From contig OY969574.1 in assembly GCA_963701195.1 (NCBI GenBank), positions 1,884,446-1,948,445 on the forward strand: 64,000 nt of DNA, given 5' to 3'. How positions within the stretch are numbered: position 1 is the stretch's first letter; every line of letters starts with the position of its first letter. The notes below the pieces were generated by a model. That model saw only the letters and a program-made list of their open reading frames with translations, did not search any database and had not been told where the DNA came from. Positions 38,791 through 48,332 of this stretch are shown piece by piece. Source of the stretch: an uncultured Solirubrobacterales bacterium (GTDB taxonomy: Bacteria; Actinomycetota; Thermoleophilia; Solirubrobacterales; Solirubrobacteraceae). The position numbers and the translations under genes are program-made.

Positions 38791-39731
38791 TCCATGCGCC
38801 GGTCTTGAGCTGTTCGTAGTCTTATCCGATGGCAGACGGACTGTCAATGGCTACTCGTGGACAGGTAGTCTTCGACAGCGACCGAACACTCGAAAGCCCT
38901 TGGTATCGGGCCATACGGGCCGCCCCGGCCGTGGCGGACAAGTAAGAAACACCCGTACAGCGAGCGTCACCGCGCGGGTGTTTCTATGTCGGACCGCGCC
39001 CTGTCGGCCGACGACCTCAACCCGTGCCTGCCGGCCCTTGCCTGACGAGACCACTGCCGGCTGACCGCCGGGCACCCAGATGGCCACCGCTGGTCGGCTA
39101 GCACGGTGGCCCATCTCCATAGCTACAGAACTTTAAATCGGCGTTGGCTCACACCGCGTTGACAAGCCCGACCATGATGCATCGTCCTACTGGAAACTCC
39201 AAGGCATATCGTTCGCGAGGTGAGATAACGCGCTTCCTTCTATTTTCGCTTCGGCTTCGCCGACTTTGAGTTCACCGGGTGTTGTTACCAAAGCGTTGTC
39301 TAACTGCCATAAGCTTTCACGGCCTACACCTAACAGCGTGGCTGTACCCGTGATCGCCTGCTCGCCTTCTACGGCGCATTTTTTTCCTGGTTCGAATTCA
39401 AACGTAGCGAAAATTTTCCCGCCGGTATCGGGTTTGACGGTCGCTATGCCCGCTAAGGCGCCCTCTAAAGTCACTAAACCTTCAACGGGGACCGTATGTA
39501 TTTCAGGTTTAGTAAGTGCGCATTCAGCTGGCGTAGATTTACATTCTAAGAATAAAAGACTAGTCGCTAAAAACTTGTCAGGCTCACTGATCACCCCACC
39601 ATCCACTTCAAGCTTCGGGCATTTAACCGTCAAACTACTCCAACTAAACACAGCTTCTTTATCGGTGATAGTCGAAGGCGAAGCCGCCGTCGACCCTACA
39701 AGTAATGACCCTAACACTAGCCAACCAGCCT
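38791..39731. repeat. Direct repeat block 2, copy A, near-identical to 47140..48079
   Basis: About 400 bp of non-coding DNA plus the mature-domain coding sequence; only a few differences, all in the non-coding part. Confidence 0.88.
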
Positions 39732-39807
39732 GCGCCGAACCCGCAACAATCGCGCTGACCGCGACTACTGCAAAGAACACCGAGGCAAGCACTGCTGGCC
39801 TCGACAT
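39187..39807 (-). CDS. Small secreted 4-Cys family protein (member 3)
   Basis: Start MSRPAVL at ATG 39807; ...GSAQA|GWLVLG; ends DMPWSFQ; 12 TTA codons. Confidence 0.85.
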   Translation of the reverse strand: MSRPAVLASVFFAVVAVSAIVAGSAQAGWLVLGSLLVGSTAASPSTITDKEAVFSWSSLTVKCPKLEVDGGVISEPDKFLATSLLFLECKSTPAECALTKPEIHTVPVEGLVTLEGALAGIATVKPDTGGKIFATFEFEPGKKCAVEGEQAITGTATLLGVGRESLWQLDNALVTTPGELKVGEAEAKIEGSALSHLANDMPWSFQ

Positions 39808-39870
39808 GAAACCGATCTCCTCTCGTTTTGGGTACCGATGCAACACCCCAGCCGGCTTGGGCCGAGAGAT

Positions 39871-39899
39871 ACACTAGCCGACTAACATCGATTGGTCAA
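39871..39899 (-). promoter_or_regulatory. SigA-type promoter of member 3
   Basis: -35 TTGACC, 17 bp, -10 TAGTGT. Confidence 0.6.
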
Positions 39900-39992
39900 G
39901 AATATTCGTGATATCAGAACATGGCTCGGGACCACGACTCTCAACGCACGACGGCATGCCGCCGTCCAAATCTAGCCCCAGCTGGGCTCGAC

Positions 39993-40283
39993 TCATCGGT
40001 CGCCGCCAGCCCGCACATCGATCACCGCTACGCCCGGCACAGCCGCGCGCGCGAGCTGCTGCAGCTGCGCCGAGTCGAAGCTGTGCGCCCGCGGCGCGAC
40101 CGGGTTGACAGTCACCACGCACAGCCGCAACGGCGCGAGCACGCGGATCTCAAGGCCCCGCTCGCGGTACCACCCGGGCCCGCGCTTATCGAGGAATACC
40201 CGCGTCGGATCGGCGACGACCAGCTCCAGCTCTCCCACGATCGCGACGCGCAGCGCCGGCTCGATCGCTTCCGATAGCAGCAC
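39993..40283 (-). pseudogene. kamB: Internally deleted copy of kamB (first ~15 codons fused in frame to the last ~80)
   Basis: VLLSEAIEPALRVAIVG joined to ELVVADPTRVFLDKRGPGWYRERGLEIR..., matching both ends of 49128..50156. Confidence 0.85.
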
Positions 40284-40373
40284 GCAGCGAAGGGTACTCA
40301 CGTACGAAACGGTGCGAAGACCGCCCGCGCGCGCGCCGGCTGAGCGGCGTCCGCAGAGCGCGCAGAGCGCGCG

Positions 40374-43300
40374 CTATAGCGTCGTGTTCTTGTGCGCCAG
40401 ACCGACTTGTTTGCCGACGGTGAGCGTGAGTGTGAGTGTGAGGTGGGTCTTGTGGTGTCGGTGCGCCGCGGTCCGTCTGCTCGCCGTGTACGCGAGGGTG
40501 TAGCTGTGCTTGCCCGGGCTCACTGCGCGTCGTACGAGCGTTTTCAGGCCGTTGCCCGCGATCCGCAGGCGGCCCTTCATCGTGGTCTTGACGGTGACGG
40601 TCAGCCCGTGCTTGCCGGCCTTCGCTTTGACGAGCTTGACTTCGGGCTTGGCCGGCGGGCAGCCTTCGATCTTGAGTTTGACGTTTTCGTTGTGCGGGAG
40701 GCCGTTCTGGGCGGTCATGTCAACCGGGGCGACCATTTCCTGCCCGCACTGGCTGGCCTGGGCGCGTCCGACCGTGCGTGCGCTGGTGAACTGCGAGTAC
40801 TGCTTGTGCGGGAGGCTCGCTTCAAACGTGCTGAACGGCGCGTCCGGGACCGACGGGAACGTGACCTTCAGCACGCTCTTGGAGGACACCGACGATTCGC
40901 CTTCGACTACGAGGGTAACGCCTTCACCCTGAAGCACCATCGCGACATTCGGAAATTTCGCGCTCCCATACGAGACGAGATAGATCGGGCCGCTCAGCGG
41001 ATTGGAGAGGATCGGCGTGTGCACCGTCGCGGTGCCGATACTCGACGCAGCCGGACACGTAGCGGGGTTAGCTTCAAATGTTGCCGCCAGGCAGGCCTGG
41101 CGCAGCGTTTCCAGCCTGACCGGCAACTGCGTCGGGAACGAGATCGTGGTCTTGGCGATGTTGGACTGCGTCACCGACGGGTAGGCGATCTTGACGTTCA
41201 CGCCCGTGCCTTCGGCTTTGCTCGCCTTCGCTTCGGTCGCGATCGTCGTCGTCGGCGTAAACGACAGCGCACGGCAGTCCTGTACCGCCAATGGGCTCGA
41301 AACGTTCTCGCGCGCACCTTCGGCAGAGCCGATCGTGCCAGTCGTCTGCAACGACTGGCAGCTCGTGGGGTTCAGCACGAATTCCTGGTTGCTGATCGAG
41401 AGCTGCGCGAAGCGGATTCGCAGCGGCACGCCGTCGAGTATCTGCGGGAAGTCGCTGCTCGTCGCGTCGACCTGCGCGGTGCGCGGGTTGACCGTCAGCG
41501 CGGCGCGCACCAGCACATAGCCGAGGTTGAACGGTCCCGCAGTGGCGGGCACGACGATCGACAGGCCGAACGGCGCGCCTGCGTAGGGGCCGGTGAAGTA
41601 GACCTTGCCCGTCACGTAGTAGGGCTCGCTGCCCGACCCCACCGCGACAGTCGCTGTCCCGATCTGGCTCTTCGGGGGGCAGACTTCGGCAGCCTGCGAA
41701 GCGAGCGCAGCCGGGCACTGTTCCACCCGCGAAACGTACGCCAGCAGCCCGGGCGGCAGCGTCGTGGCGAGCGAGAGGATGCTCTGTTCGCGATCGCGCC
41801 GTTCCATCGTGAGCACGAACGGGCTGGTGGCGCCCGCCGCGTGGCTCGTCGTATCGGCCGTGAACGACGGCGCGAACGGCGGCGTCACAGGGCACGGTTC
41901 GCCCGCTCCGTTCCAGTCGACGTTGAAGTAGTCCGACGGGAACGCTTCGCCGGTGTACGGCGAGGCCCACGAGCTGATCTGGCCTTCGCTGACCGCATTC
42001 CCGCACGTCTGCGGGTTGGCGAGCGGCGCGCGCGCGCCGCCGGCCGTGGAGACCGTCAGGCTCGAGAGCGGGAACTGCGGGTTTTCTTCGAAGATCGTCG
42101 TGATCCGGCCGGTTTCCGGGTCGACCGACGCGTGCCCGGCGAGCTTGATCACGACACCCGATTCCGGCGCCTGCAGTTCGAGGTAGACCCTGAACAGCCT
42201 GCCCTCAGCCGCGTACTTCGGGCTGCATTCTTCCTGACCCAGGCCGCCGCATTCGGGCTCAGCGACAAATAGATGCCCTTCCAGCTGATCGTGAAGCAGT
42301 GGCGTGCTCGCCCTAACCGTCGCGATCTGCGACGCTTCCGGGCAGTGCCCCGCGGCAAGCCGCTTGAGGCCGTCGGCGCCCATTTCTTCGGATTCTTCGC
42401 CTTCGATATTGATCCCTTGCGGTCCGGATTCCTGGCAGGCCTCGAGCCCGTTCGCGCCCGAAGGCGAGATCGTCGTGCCCGCGGGCAGCGCGACCGTGAC
42501 ATTCTTGACCGGCGGGGTACCCAAGCCCGTCCCGCCGTTGGGCGCCTGCGGGACCTTCAGGCCCACTTCGTAACCCGACGGCGCAGCCGCTTGCGTCGTC
42601 TGCGGCTTGACACTGAGCGTCGAAGTGAAGCTCAACAGGTTGCAGCCTTCGAGCTTGGAGAACGCGAGAGCGGAGCCTTTGAGCATCACGCCCGGTTCCT
42701 TCCAAGTGTCAAATTCCACCTGGGCTTCCCTCGCGGACTGATCCGCTTCGCAGTCGCTCGGATCCGTCACGAACGCGCCGCGGTCAAACGTGGATTCTTC
42801 CTGGTTTTCGCGGATGTAGCGTTCTTCGATATCTCCGTAGAACGTCGCGATCGCACCGACAAACGACGCAATGCCGGCTATGTCTGGAACGGCGACACGC
42901 ACGACATAGTGCCCATCGCGTCTCACCACGGTCGCGTACATGAAGAACGTAAGATTGTTGAATGCAAACGCGAACTCCGCTGCATAGCCCTTCTCCGGGG
43001 TAACGCTGTAAATCCCGCGTACGTGCGTCGGATCGACACTGTGCGCGAACACGTGGTTCAAGATCATCGGCAAAATCGATCCCGCTCGGCTCGACTGCGG
43101 ACAGCCACTCAACGCGTTCTTTGCTTCCACAAGCGACGCCGGGCACTGATTCAGAACAGTCGGGTTACCGAGGAACCCCAGCGGCAGATAGAATTCGAGA
43201 TTCTTCATCGGCTCCACCGGTTTAAATTCTTCGATATTGCTCACATTTTCATCACGCATATCATTTGCGGTAAACGTCGTGACGGTAAGATTTGGATGCC

Positions 43301-43904
43301 CAGCCGCCTGTCGAAACGGTTCACCAGTCGGCCCTGTCTCCTGAAACCCAAATTGCTCTACTCCCGAAGGAGCAGTTTCGTGTTCACCCCCAACACGCGT
43401 GACCGCTTCATCGCCGGCGCTTTTAGCTCCACCACCACTCACGCTCGCGACATCGCGCAGCAGACCTTCAATGTGGCTTTCGACTTCATATTCCACGGTC
43501 ACGACCATGAACCCGGTCGGGACCGTAGGTTCAAGGTAATGGCATTCAACTTCAGTGCCACTCAACAAGGAACATTCCGATGCTTCTTCAGGTTCCGCCC
43601 TGGTAGCAGTAACCTTCAACCCGGCCGGCAGCACATCTTTCACCGTCACTTCGCCACCACTCGCCAACCCACCGATGTTCTCCACAATCACATAATATCG
43701 ACCCTTACGATTCACGCCCTGCGGCTGAACAGTGGGAAACGCCACAACCGTCGCCTGCCACGCCGGCGCCGCCGCACCAGTCACAGCAACAGCCCGCACC
43801 GCACCAAACCACAGACCACAAACACACAGCGCTACCCACACACCGGCAAAACGCGACCCACGACCTGCGGTCAACGATCGGCACCCGAAAACGCGAACCA
43901 TCAC
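40374..43904 (-). CDS. Large (1176-aa) secreted modular protein, copy B
   Basis: Identical to copy A except the last ~9 residues (GLAHKNTTL vs AARHKNIAL). Confidence 0.85.
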   Translation of the reverse strand: MMVRVFGCRSLTAGRGSRFAGVWVALCVCGLWFGAVRAVAVTGAAAPAWQATVVAFPTVQPQGVNRKGRYYVIVENIGGLASGGEVTVKDVLPAGLKVTATRAEPEEASECSLLSGTEVECHYLEPTVPTGFMVVTVEYEVESHIEGLLRDVASVSGGGAKSAGDEAVTRVGGEHETAPSGVEQFGFQETGPTGEPFRQAAGHPNLTVTTFTANDMRDENVSNIEEFKPVEPMKNLEFYLPLGFLGNPTVLNQCPASLVEAKNALSGCPQSSRAGSILPMILNHVFAHSVDPTHVRGIYSVTPEKGYAAEFAFAFNNLTFFMYATVVRRDGHYVVRVAVPDIAGIASFVGAIATFYGDIEERYIRENQEESTFDRGAFVTDPSDCEADQSAREAQVEFDTWKEPGVMLKGSALAFSKLEGCNLLSFTSTLSVKPQTTQAAAPSGYEVGLKVPQAPNGGTGLGTPPVKNVTVALPAGTTISPSGANGLEACQESGPQGINIEGEESEEMGADGLKRLAAGHCPEASQIATVRASTPLLHDQLEGHLFVAEPECGGLGQEECSPKYAAEGRLFRVYLELQAPESGVVIKLAGHASVDPETGRITTIFEENPQFPLSSLTVSTAGGARAPLANPQTCGNAVSEGQISSWASPYTGEAFPSDYFNVDWNGAGEPCPVTPPFAPSFTADTTSHAAGATSPFVLTMERRDREQSILSLATTLPPGLLAYVSRVEQCPAALASQAAEVCPPKSQIGTATVAVGSGSEPYYVTGKVYFTGPYAGAPFGLSIVVPATAGPFNLGYVLVRAALTVNPRTAQVDATSSDFPQILDGVPLRIRFAQLSISNQEFVLNPTSCQSLQTTGTIGSAEGARENVSSPLAVQDCRALSFTPTTTIATEAKASKAEGTGVNVKIAYPSVTQSNIAKTTISFPTQLPVRLETLRQACLAATFEANPATCPAASSIGTATVHTPILSNPLSGPIYLVSYGSAKFPNVAMVLQGEGVTLVVEGESSVSSKSVLKVTFPSVPDAPFSTFEASLPHKQYSQFTSARTVGRAQASQCGQEMVAPVDMTAQNGLPHNENVKLKIEGCPPAKPEVKLVKAKAGKHGLTVTVKTTMKGRLRIAGNGLKTLVRRAVSPGKHSYTLAYTASRRTAAHRHHKTHLTLTLTLTVGKQVGLAHKNTTL

Positions 43905-44514
43905 ACACCCCTCCGACCCAGCCGCTTACCCTGCACCCTCAACGCACGACCCCGTCGCTTCCTATGGACCTTACTGCTCTTCTTACGGGTCTTTTTGCTC
44001 TTTGACGGCTTGCCAGGCTTTTTGGTCACGCTCGCAGGCCGCGTACCAGACCCCGTCGCCGACGGAAAGTCGCCTTCAGCGGCGCTCGCTGCCACGCCAG
44101 TCCCGCCACCCACCGGCACGGCACCTTCACAAGTGCTCGGTACGCATACAGCGGACTCGCCCTGTACAGGCCCAGGCGGAAACCCACCACCAACACGCGC
44201 ATCATAAATATCACGCTGAAACCCATCGACGTCACTAGTCAACAACGGATCCGCCGTCGATACCAGAACATTCGAACCATCTTCATCCATCCCATAAACG
44301 AAAGCACCACACGTAGACCCTTTATTCAACTGCACATCACGACCATCCGACAACAAATACACTTTACCCGCAGAAATTGGGCCTTCACTACGAAACTCAT
44401 ACACACTTTTACACCCAAGTGACGACGCAGACCGAGCACGTGGACTCAATTCACCCGCCGTCTGAAACACCACCGTCCTACCATCAGACGACACATCCAA
44501 CCGATTTTCAGAGG
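40403..44514. repeat. Direct repeat block 1, copy B
   Basis: Matches 32073..36185. Confidence 0.9.
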
Positions 44515-46219
44515 CCCTGAAGTCAAAACTATAACCGAGTCCACTGATTAGCGACCCTCGCGGAATTCCTTCGGTGGCGCTGTTGCCGTTATCGTTGAAC
44601 CCTTCTTCGCCCTGTGTGACTCTCACGAGTTCGCGTGTTTCTGCGTCGTACTCAAACAGTTGAGTGAGTCCTCCACTTGTCTCATCAGGAGTCACACCTG
44701 CCGCGGAGCTGACAAACAATAGAAACTGGCCATTTTCACCAGCAACCTGAACAGGACGGAGGGACTGTCGTTCCCAGTCTTTTTCGTCCGCGCTGCTCAG
44801 CGTCGCGATGAACGCTACCGTTTTGCTTTCAGAGTCGTACACGTACAGGTCGGGTTCATGCAATACCGGTTTGTGGTGAAACTCGTTTTCGCTCGCCCCC
44901 GAGACTCCGCCCTCAGCGACAAAATAGACATGTGAACCATCCTCCGCGATACCCGCAACCCCGCGCACATCACTAGTGCCACCCGCAACAAGCGCCAACT
45001 GATTATGCGCCGGCAGTGCAAAATTATATTCATAAAGATTGCACCCTTCACCGCTGCTCGCGCAGCCACTTCCTTCGGCCGCGCTCCCACCATCAGTGAG
45101 ATCGGCCGCGCCTTCCGTCAACTTCTGCGTGCTCGTGAAGAACACCTTCTCCCCACTTTCCGAAGCGCCCTCAAAGTTCTTTCCCGATTCCACTTCACAT
45201 TCGGCCCCGCTACACTCGCGTTCGGAGATATCAATCGTTTCCGCCGGCGCAGGCGTAATCATCGCACCATGCAGACGCGCAAAAACTTCCGTAGTGCTCG
45301 GCGCAGGACCGCAAGGATTAACCGTAAAGAAAATACTTTCACCTTCACGGGATATCGCATTATACGTCAGACCTTCGCCACCAAAATGCACGCCGCAATC
45401 TGCGACCAGTTCATGCGTCCCTTTTGCGCCCTTTTCCCCCACCAAAACTGGCGCTTCGTTATTTACCCCACTATATTCATACAACGACTCATCTACACCC
45501 GTTTTATCAAACGGCCAAATAGCCTGGGGTTTTTCCGCCGCCAACACAACATGCCGATAGTCGCTGGTCGCCCCGACCGGTTCATCGAACGGCACAGTAG
45601 CGGCTTCTATCACGTCTTCGCCTGCTTCGCTGCTGAGAGCATCTGGCCTCACCGGCCCTACCCGCTCGTACGTACCGTCAGCCGAGCGAATATACAGTTC
45701 GTCCGTTTTAGCTGACTGGTGGGGAGTATGCTGCACCCACAACGATAGTCCTTCCTCCGCTTCAAAGGCGTACCCGAGCTCCCCCACGAACTGGCTCAAC
45801 GGAGCGTTCATCGCCGACAACCGCCAACCACCCGCAGTCCGTTCATCTATATACAGGTTGGGTTTCAACCCACCTTCGCCAGTTCCGGGCGTATCGGCAA
45901 GTCCTCCCACGCTGTCCAGGATCACTTTTTCACCATTCGCAGCGAAGCTTTCGACAAACATGGGATACCCGTCCTTATAAGGTGGGGTCACCATCTCATA
46001 TGCACGACAGTCGGGGAGCAGGCTGGACCCAAGCGACGACCGCAACGCTTCATTTTCACACACGGCGCCATCGGCGCTCCGACAGACACTCATCGCGAAA
46101 ACGAGCACGGTCAATACAGCAACCACCAGCTGCTCAATGCGCTGGTTCTGCAGGACGATCACGAGATTACTTGTCCGGGTCACATGTCCACCCACTTCCC
46201 TATCGGCCATGCACTTCAT
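43901..46219 (-). CDS. Secreted beta-propeller (TolB/WD40-like) protein, copy B (772 aa)
   Basis: Intact ORF; C-terminal part identical to copy A, N-terminal part diverged; Lys/Arg-rich tail. Confidence 0.82.
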   Translation of the reverse strand: MKCMADREVGGHVTRTSNLVIVLQNQRIEQLVVAVLTVLVFAMSVCRSADGAVCENEALRSSLGSSLLPDCRAYEMVTPPYKDGYPMFVESFAANGEKVILDSVGGLADTPGTGEGGLKPNLYIDERTAGGWRLSAMNAPLSQFVGELGYAFEAEEGLSLWVQHTPHQSAKTDELYIRSADGTYERVGPVRPDALSSEAGEDVIEAATVPFDEPVGATSDYRHVVLAAEKPQAIWPFDKTGVDESLYEYSGVNNEAPVLVGEKGAKGTHELVADCGVHFGGEGLTYNAISREGESIFFTVNPCGPAPSTTEVFARLHGAMITPAPAETIDISERECSGAECEVESGKNFEGASESGEKVFFTSTQKLTEGAADLTDGGSAAEGSGCASSGEGCNLYEYNFALPAHNQLALVAGGTSDVRGVAGIAEDGSHVYFVAEGGVSGASENEFHHKPVLHEPDLYVYDSESKTVAFIATLSSADEKDWERQSLRPVQVAGENGQFLLFVSSAAGVTPDETSGGLTQLFEYDAETRELVRVTQGEEGFNDNGNSATEGIPRGSLISGLGYSFDFRASENRLDVSSDGRTVVFQTAGELSPRARSASSLGCKSVYEFRSEGPISAGKVYLLSDGRDVQLNKGSTCGAFVYGMDEDGSNVLVSTADPLLTSDVDGFQRDIYDARVGGGFPPGPVQGESAVCVPSTCEGAVPVGGGTGVAASAAEGDFPSATGSGTRPASVTKKPGKPSKSKKTRKKSSKVHRKRRGRALRVQGKRLGRRGV

Positions 46220-46268
46220 TCCTCTCCCTCAACTCTCCAGTCCGCTCATTGTGTTACCTGCAATAATA

Positions 46269-46309
46269 GGTGGGACACCGACGTCACACAGCCCGTACGG
46301 TGGCCCACC
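46269..46309 (-). terminator. Conserved hairpin, copy B
   Basis: GGTGGGACACCG...CGGTGGCCCACC. Confidence 0.55.
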
Positions 46310-46345
46310 CTCACCTATCTATCTACTGCGTCGCTGCAAATGCTT

Positions 46346-46972
46346 TTACGTAAAGCTCCACGGCATGTCGCTTGACAGGTGGAATAAAGCGCTACCTTCT
46401 ATTTTCGCTTCGGCTTCACCGACTTTGAGTTCGCCAGGTGTCGCTATCAAGGCGTTGATTAACTGCCATAAACGTTCGTCCTGGCCTGTGGGTGCTAAGA
46501 TCGTCGCAGAACCCGTAACCGCCTGCTTACCTTCTGCAGCACATTTTTTTTCTGGTTCGAATTCAAACGTAGCAAAAATTTTCCCGCCGCTATCTGGTTT
46601 GACGGTCGCTACTGCCGCTAAAACGCCGTCTAATGTCACTAAACCTTCAATAGGCAACGTATGAATCGAGCTACTGGTAAGTATGCATTCTTTTGGAGTG
46701 GATTTGCATTCTAAGAATAAGAGACTGGTCGCTAAGAACTTGTCAGGCTCGCTGATCACCCCACCGTCCACTTCAAGCTTCGGGCATTTAACCGTCAAAG
46801 TACTCCAACTAAGTACACCTTCTTTGTCGGTGATAGTCGAAGGTGAAACTGCCGTCGACCCTACAAGTAACGAACCTAACACTAACCATCCCGCCTGTGC
46901 CGAACCCGCAGCGATCGCGCTGAGCGCAAACGCCGCAAAGGACGCTAGAACGAGTATTCGTACCTTGGACAT
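46346..46972 (-). CDS. Small secreted 4-Cys family protein (member 4)
   Basis: Start MSKVRIL at ATG 46972; N-terminus identical to member 2; 13 TTA codons. Confidence 0.85.
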   Translation of the reverse strand: MSKVRILVLASFAAFALSAIAAGSAQAGWLVLGSLLVGSTAVSPSTITDKEGVLSWSTLTVKCPKLEVDGGVISEPDKFLATSLLFLECKSTPKECILTSSSIHTLPIEGLVTLDGVLAAVATVKPDSGGKIFATFEFEPEKKCAAEGKQAVTGSATILAPTGQDERLWQLINALIATPGELKVGEAEAKIEGSALFHLSSDMPWSFT

Positions 46973-47139
46973 AACTGATGTGATCTCCTCTCGCTTATTG
47001 TAATACCGATGCGCCCTTGCAAACGAGGGCACCGGCCGTCGGCCCGGCACACTTCCCTGCTGGGCTCACCGGACCTTCGACGCGATCTTCGTGCTGTTAT
47101 GTCCTCTACCTCTCTCTCTGAGCCCACACCGTCATGCAG

Positions 47140-48079
47140 TCCATGCGCCGGTCTTGAGCTGTTCGTAGTCTTATCCGATGGCAGACGGACTGTCAATGGC
47201 TACTCGTGGACAGGTAGTCTTCGACAGCGACCGAACACTCGAAAGCCCTTGGTATCGGGCCGTACGGGTCGCCCCGGCCGTGGCGGACAAGTAAGAAACA
47301 CCCGTACAGCGAGCGTCACCGCGCGGGTGTTTCTATGTCGGACCGCGCCCTGTGGCCAACGACCTCAACCCGTGCCTGCCGGCCCTTGCCTGACGAGACC
47401 ACTGCCGGCTGACCGCCGGGCACCCAGATGGCCACCGCTGGTCGGCTAGCACGGTGGCCCATCTCCATAGCTACAGAACTTTAAATCGGCGTTGGCTCAC
47501 ACCGCGTTGACAAGCCCGACCATGATGCATCGTCCTACTGGAAACTCCAAGGCATATCGTTCGCGAGGTGAGATAACGCGCTTCCTTCTATTTTCGCTTC
47601 GGCTTCGCCGACTTTGAGTTCACCGGGTGTTGTTACCAAAGCGTTGTCTAACTGCCATAAGCTTTCACGGCCTACACCTAACAGCGTGGCTGTACCCGTG
47701 ATCGCCTGCTCGCCTTCTACGGCGCATTTTTTTCCTGGTTCGAATTCAAACGTAGCGAAAATTTTCCCGCCGGTATCGGGTTTGACGGTCGCTATGCCCG
47801 CTAAGGCGCCCTCTAAAGTCACTAAACCTTCAACGGGGACCGTATGTATTTCAGGTTTAGTAAGTGCGCATTCAGCTGGCGTAGATTTACATTCTAAGAA
47901 TAAAAGACTAGTCGCTAAAAACTTGTCAGGCTCACTGATCACCCCACCATCCACTTCAAGCTTCGGGCATTTAACCGTCAAACTACTCCAACTAAACACA
48001 GCTTCTTTATCGGTGATAGTCGAAGGCGAAGCCGCCGTCGACCCTACAAGTAATGACCCTAACACTAGCCAACCAGCCT
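47140..48079. repeat. Direct repeat block 2, copy B
   Basis: Matches 38791..39731. Confidence 0.88.
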
Positions 48080-48155
48080 CAGCCGAACCCGCAACAATTG
48101 CGTTAAACGCAAATGCCGCGAAAAATGCCAATAGCAATGTTCTTGTCCTATGCAT
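47535..48155 (-). CDS. Small secreted 4-Cys family protein (member 5)
   Basis: Start MHRTRTLL at ATG 48155; mature part identical to member 3, signal peptide different. Confidence 0.85.
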   Translation of the reverse strand: MHRTRTLLLAFFAAFAFNAIVAGSAEAGWLVLGSLLVGSTAASPSTITDKEAVFSWSSLTVKCPKLEVDGGVISEPDKFLATSLLFLECKSTPAECALTKPEIHTVPVEGLVTLEGALAGIATVKPDTGGKIFATFEFEPGKKCAVEGEQAITGTATLLGVGRESLWQLDNALVTTPGELKVGEAEAKIEGSALSHLANDMPWSFQ

Positions 48156-48263
48156 ATCGCTGATCTCCTTTTGCCTCAGCCGCATACTACCGACGTGCCC
48201 CCTGAGCTGCGCCGAAAAGCACGCACGTCCTATCTGGCGTACACGACATAAATGAAGCGGACA

Positions 48264-48298
48264 GGCAAACCGCCACCGCTTCAGCATGGCGGTTTGCC
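48264..48298 (-). terminator. Terminator-like hairpin after member 6
   Basis: 12-bp perfect stem GGCAAACCGCCA / TGGCGGTTTGCC. Confidence 0.6.
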
Positions 48299-48332
48299 CA
48301 TTCTTATCTCTATACTGCTGAAACTAAAATAC

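Noticed and set aside
38851-39120. 89-aa ORF in the conserved intergenic element
   Set aside because: No recognisable features; the second copy has an indel in this stretch, arguing against protein coding
38791-39180. Known riboswitch (c-di-GMP, ydaO/c-di-AMP, cobalamin)
   Set aside because: I could not find their consensus motifs on either strand; an Rfam search is needed to exclude them formally
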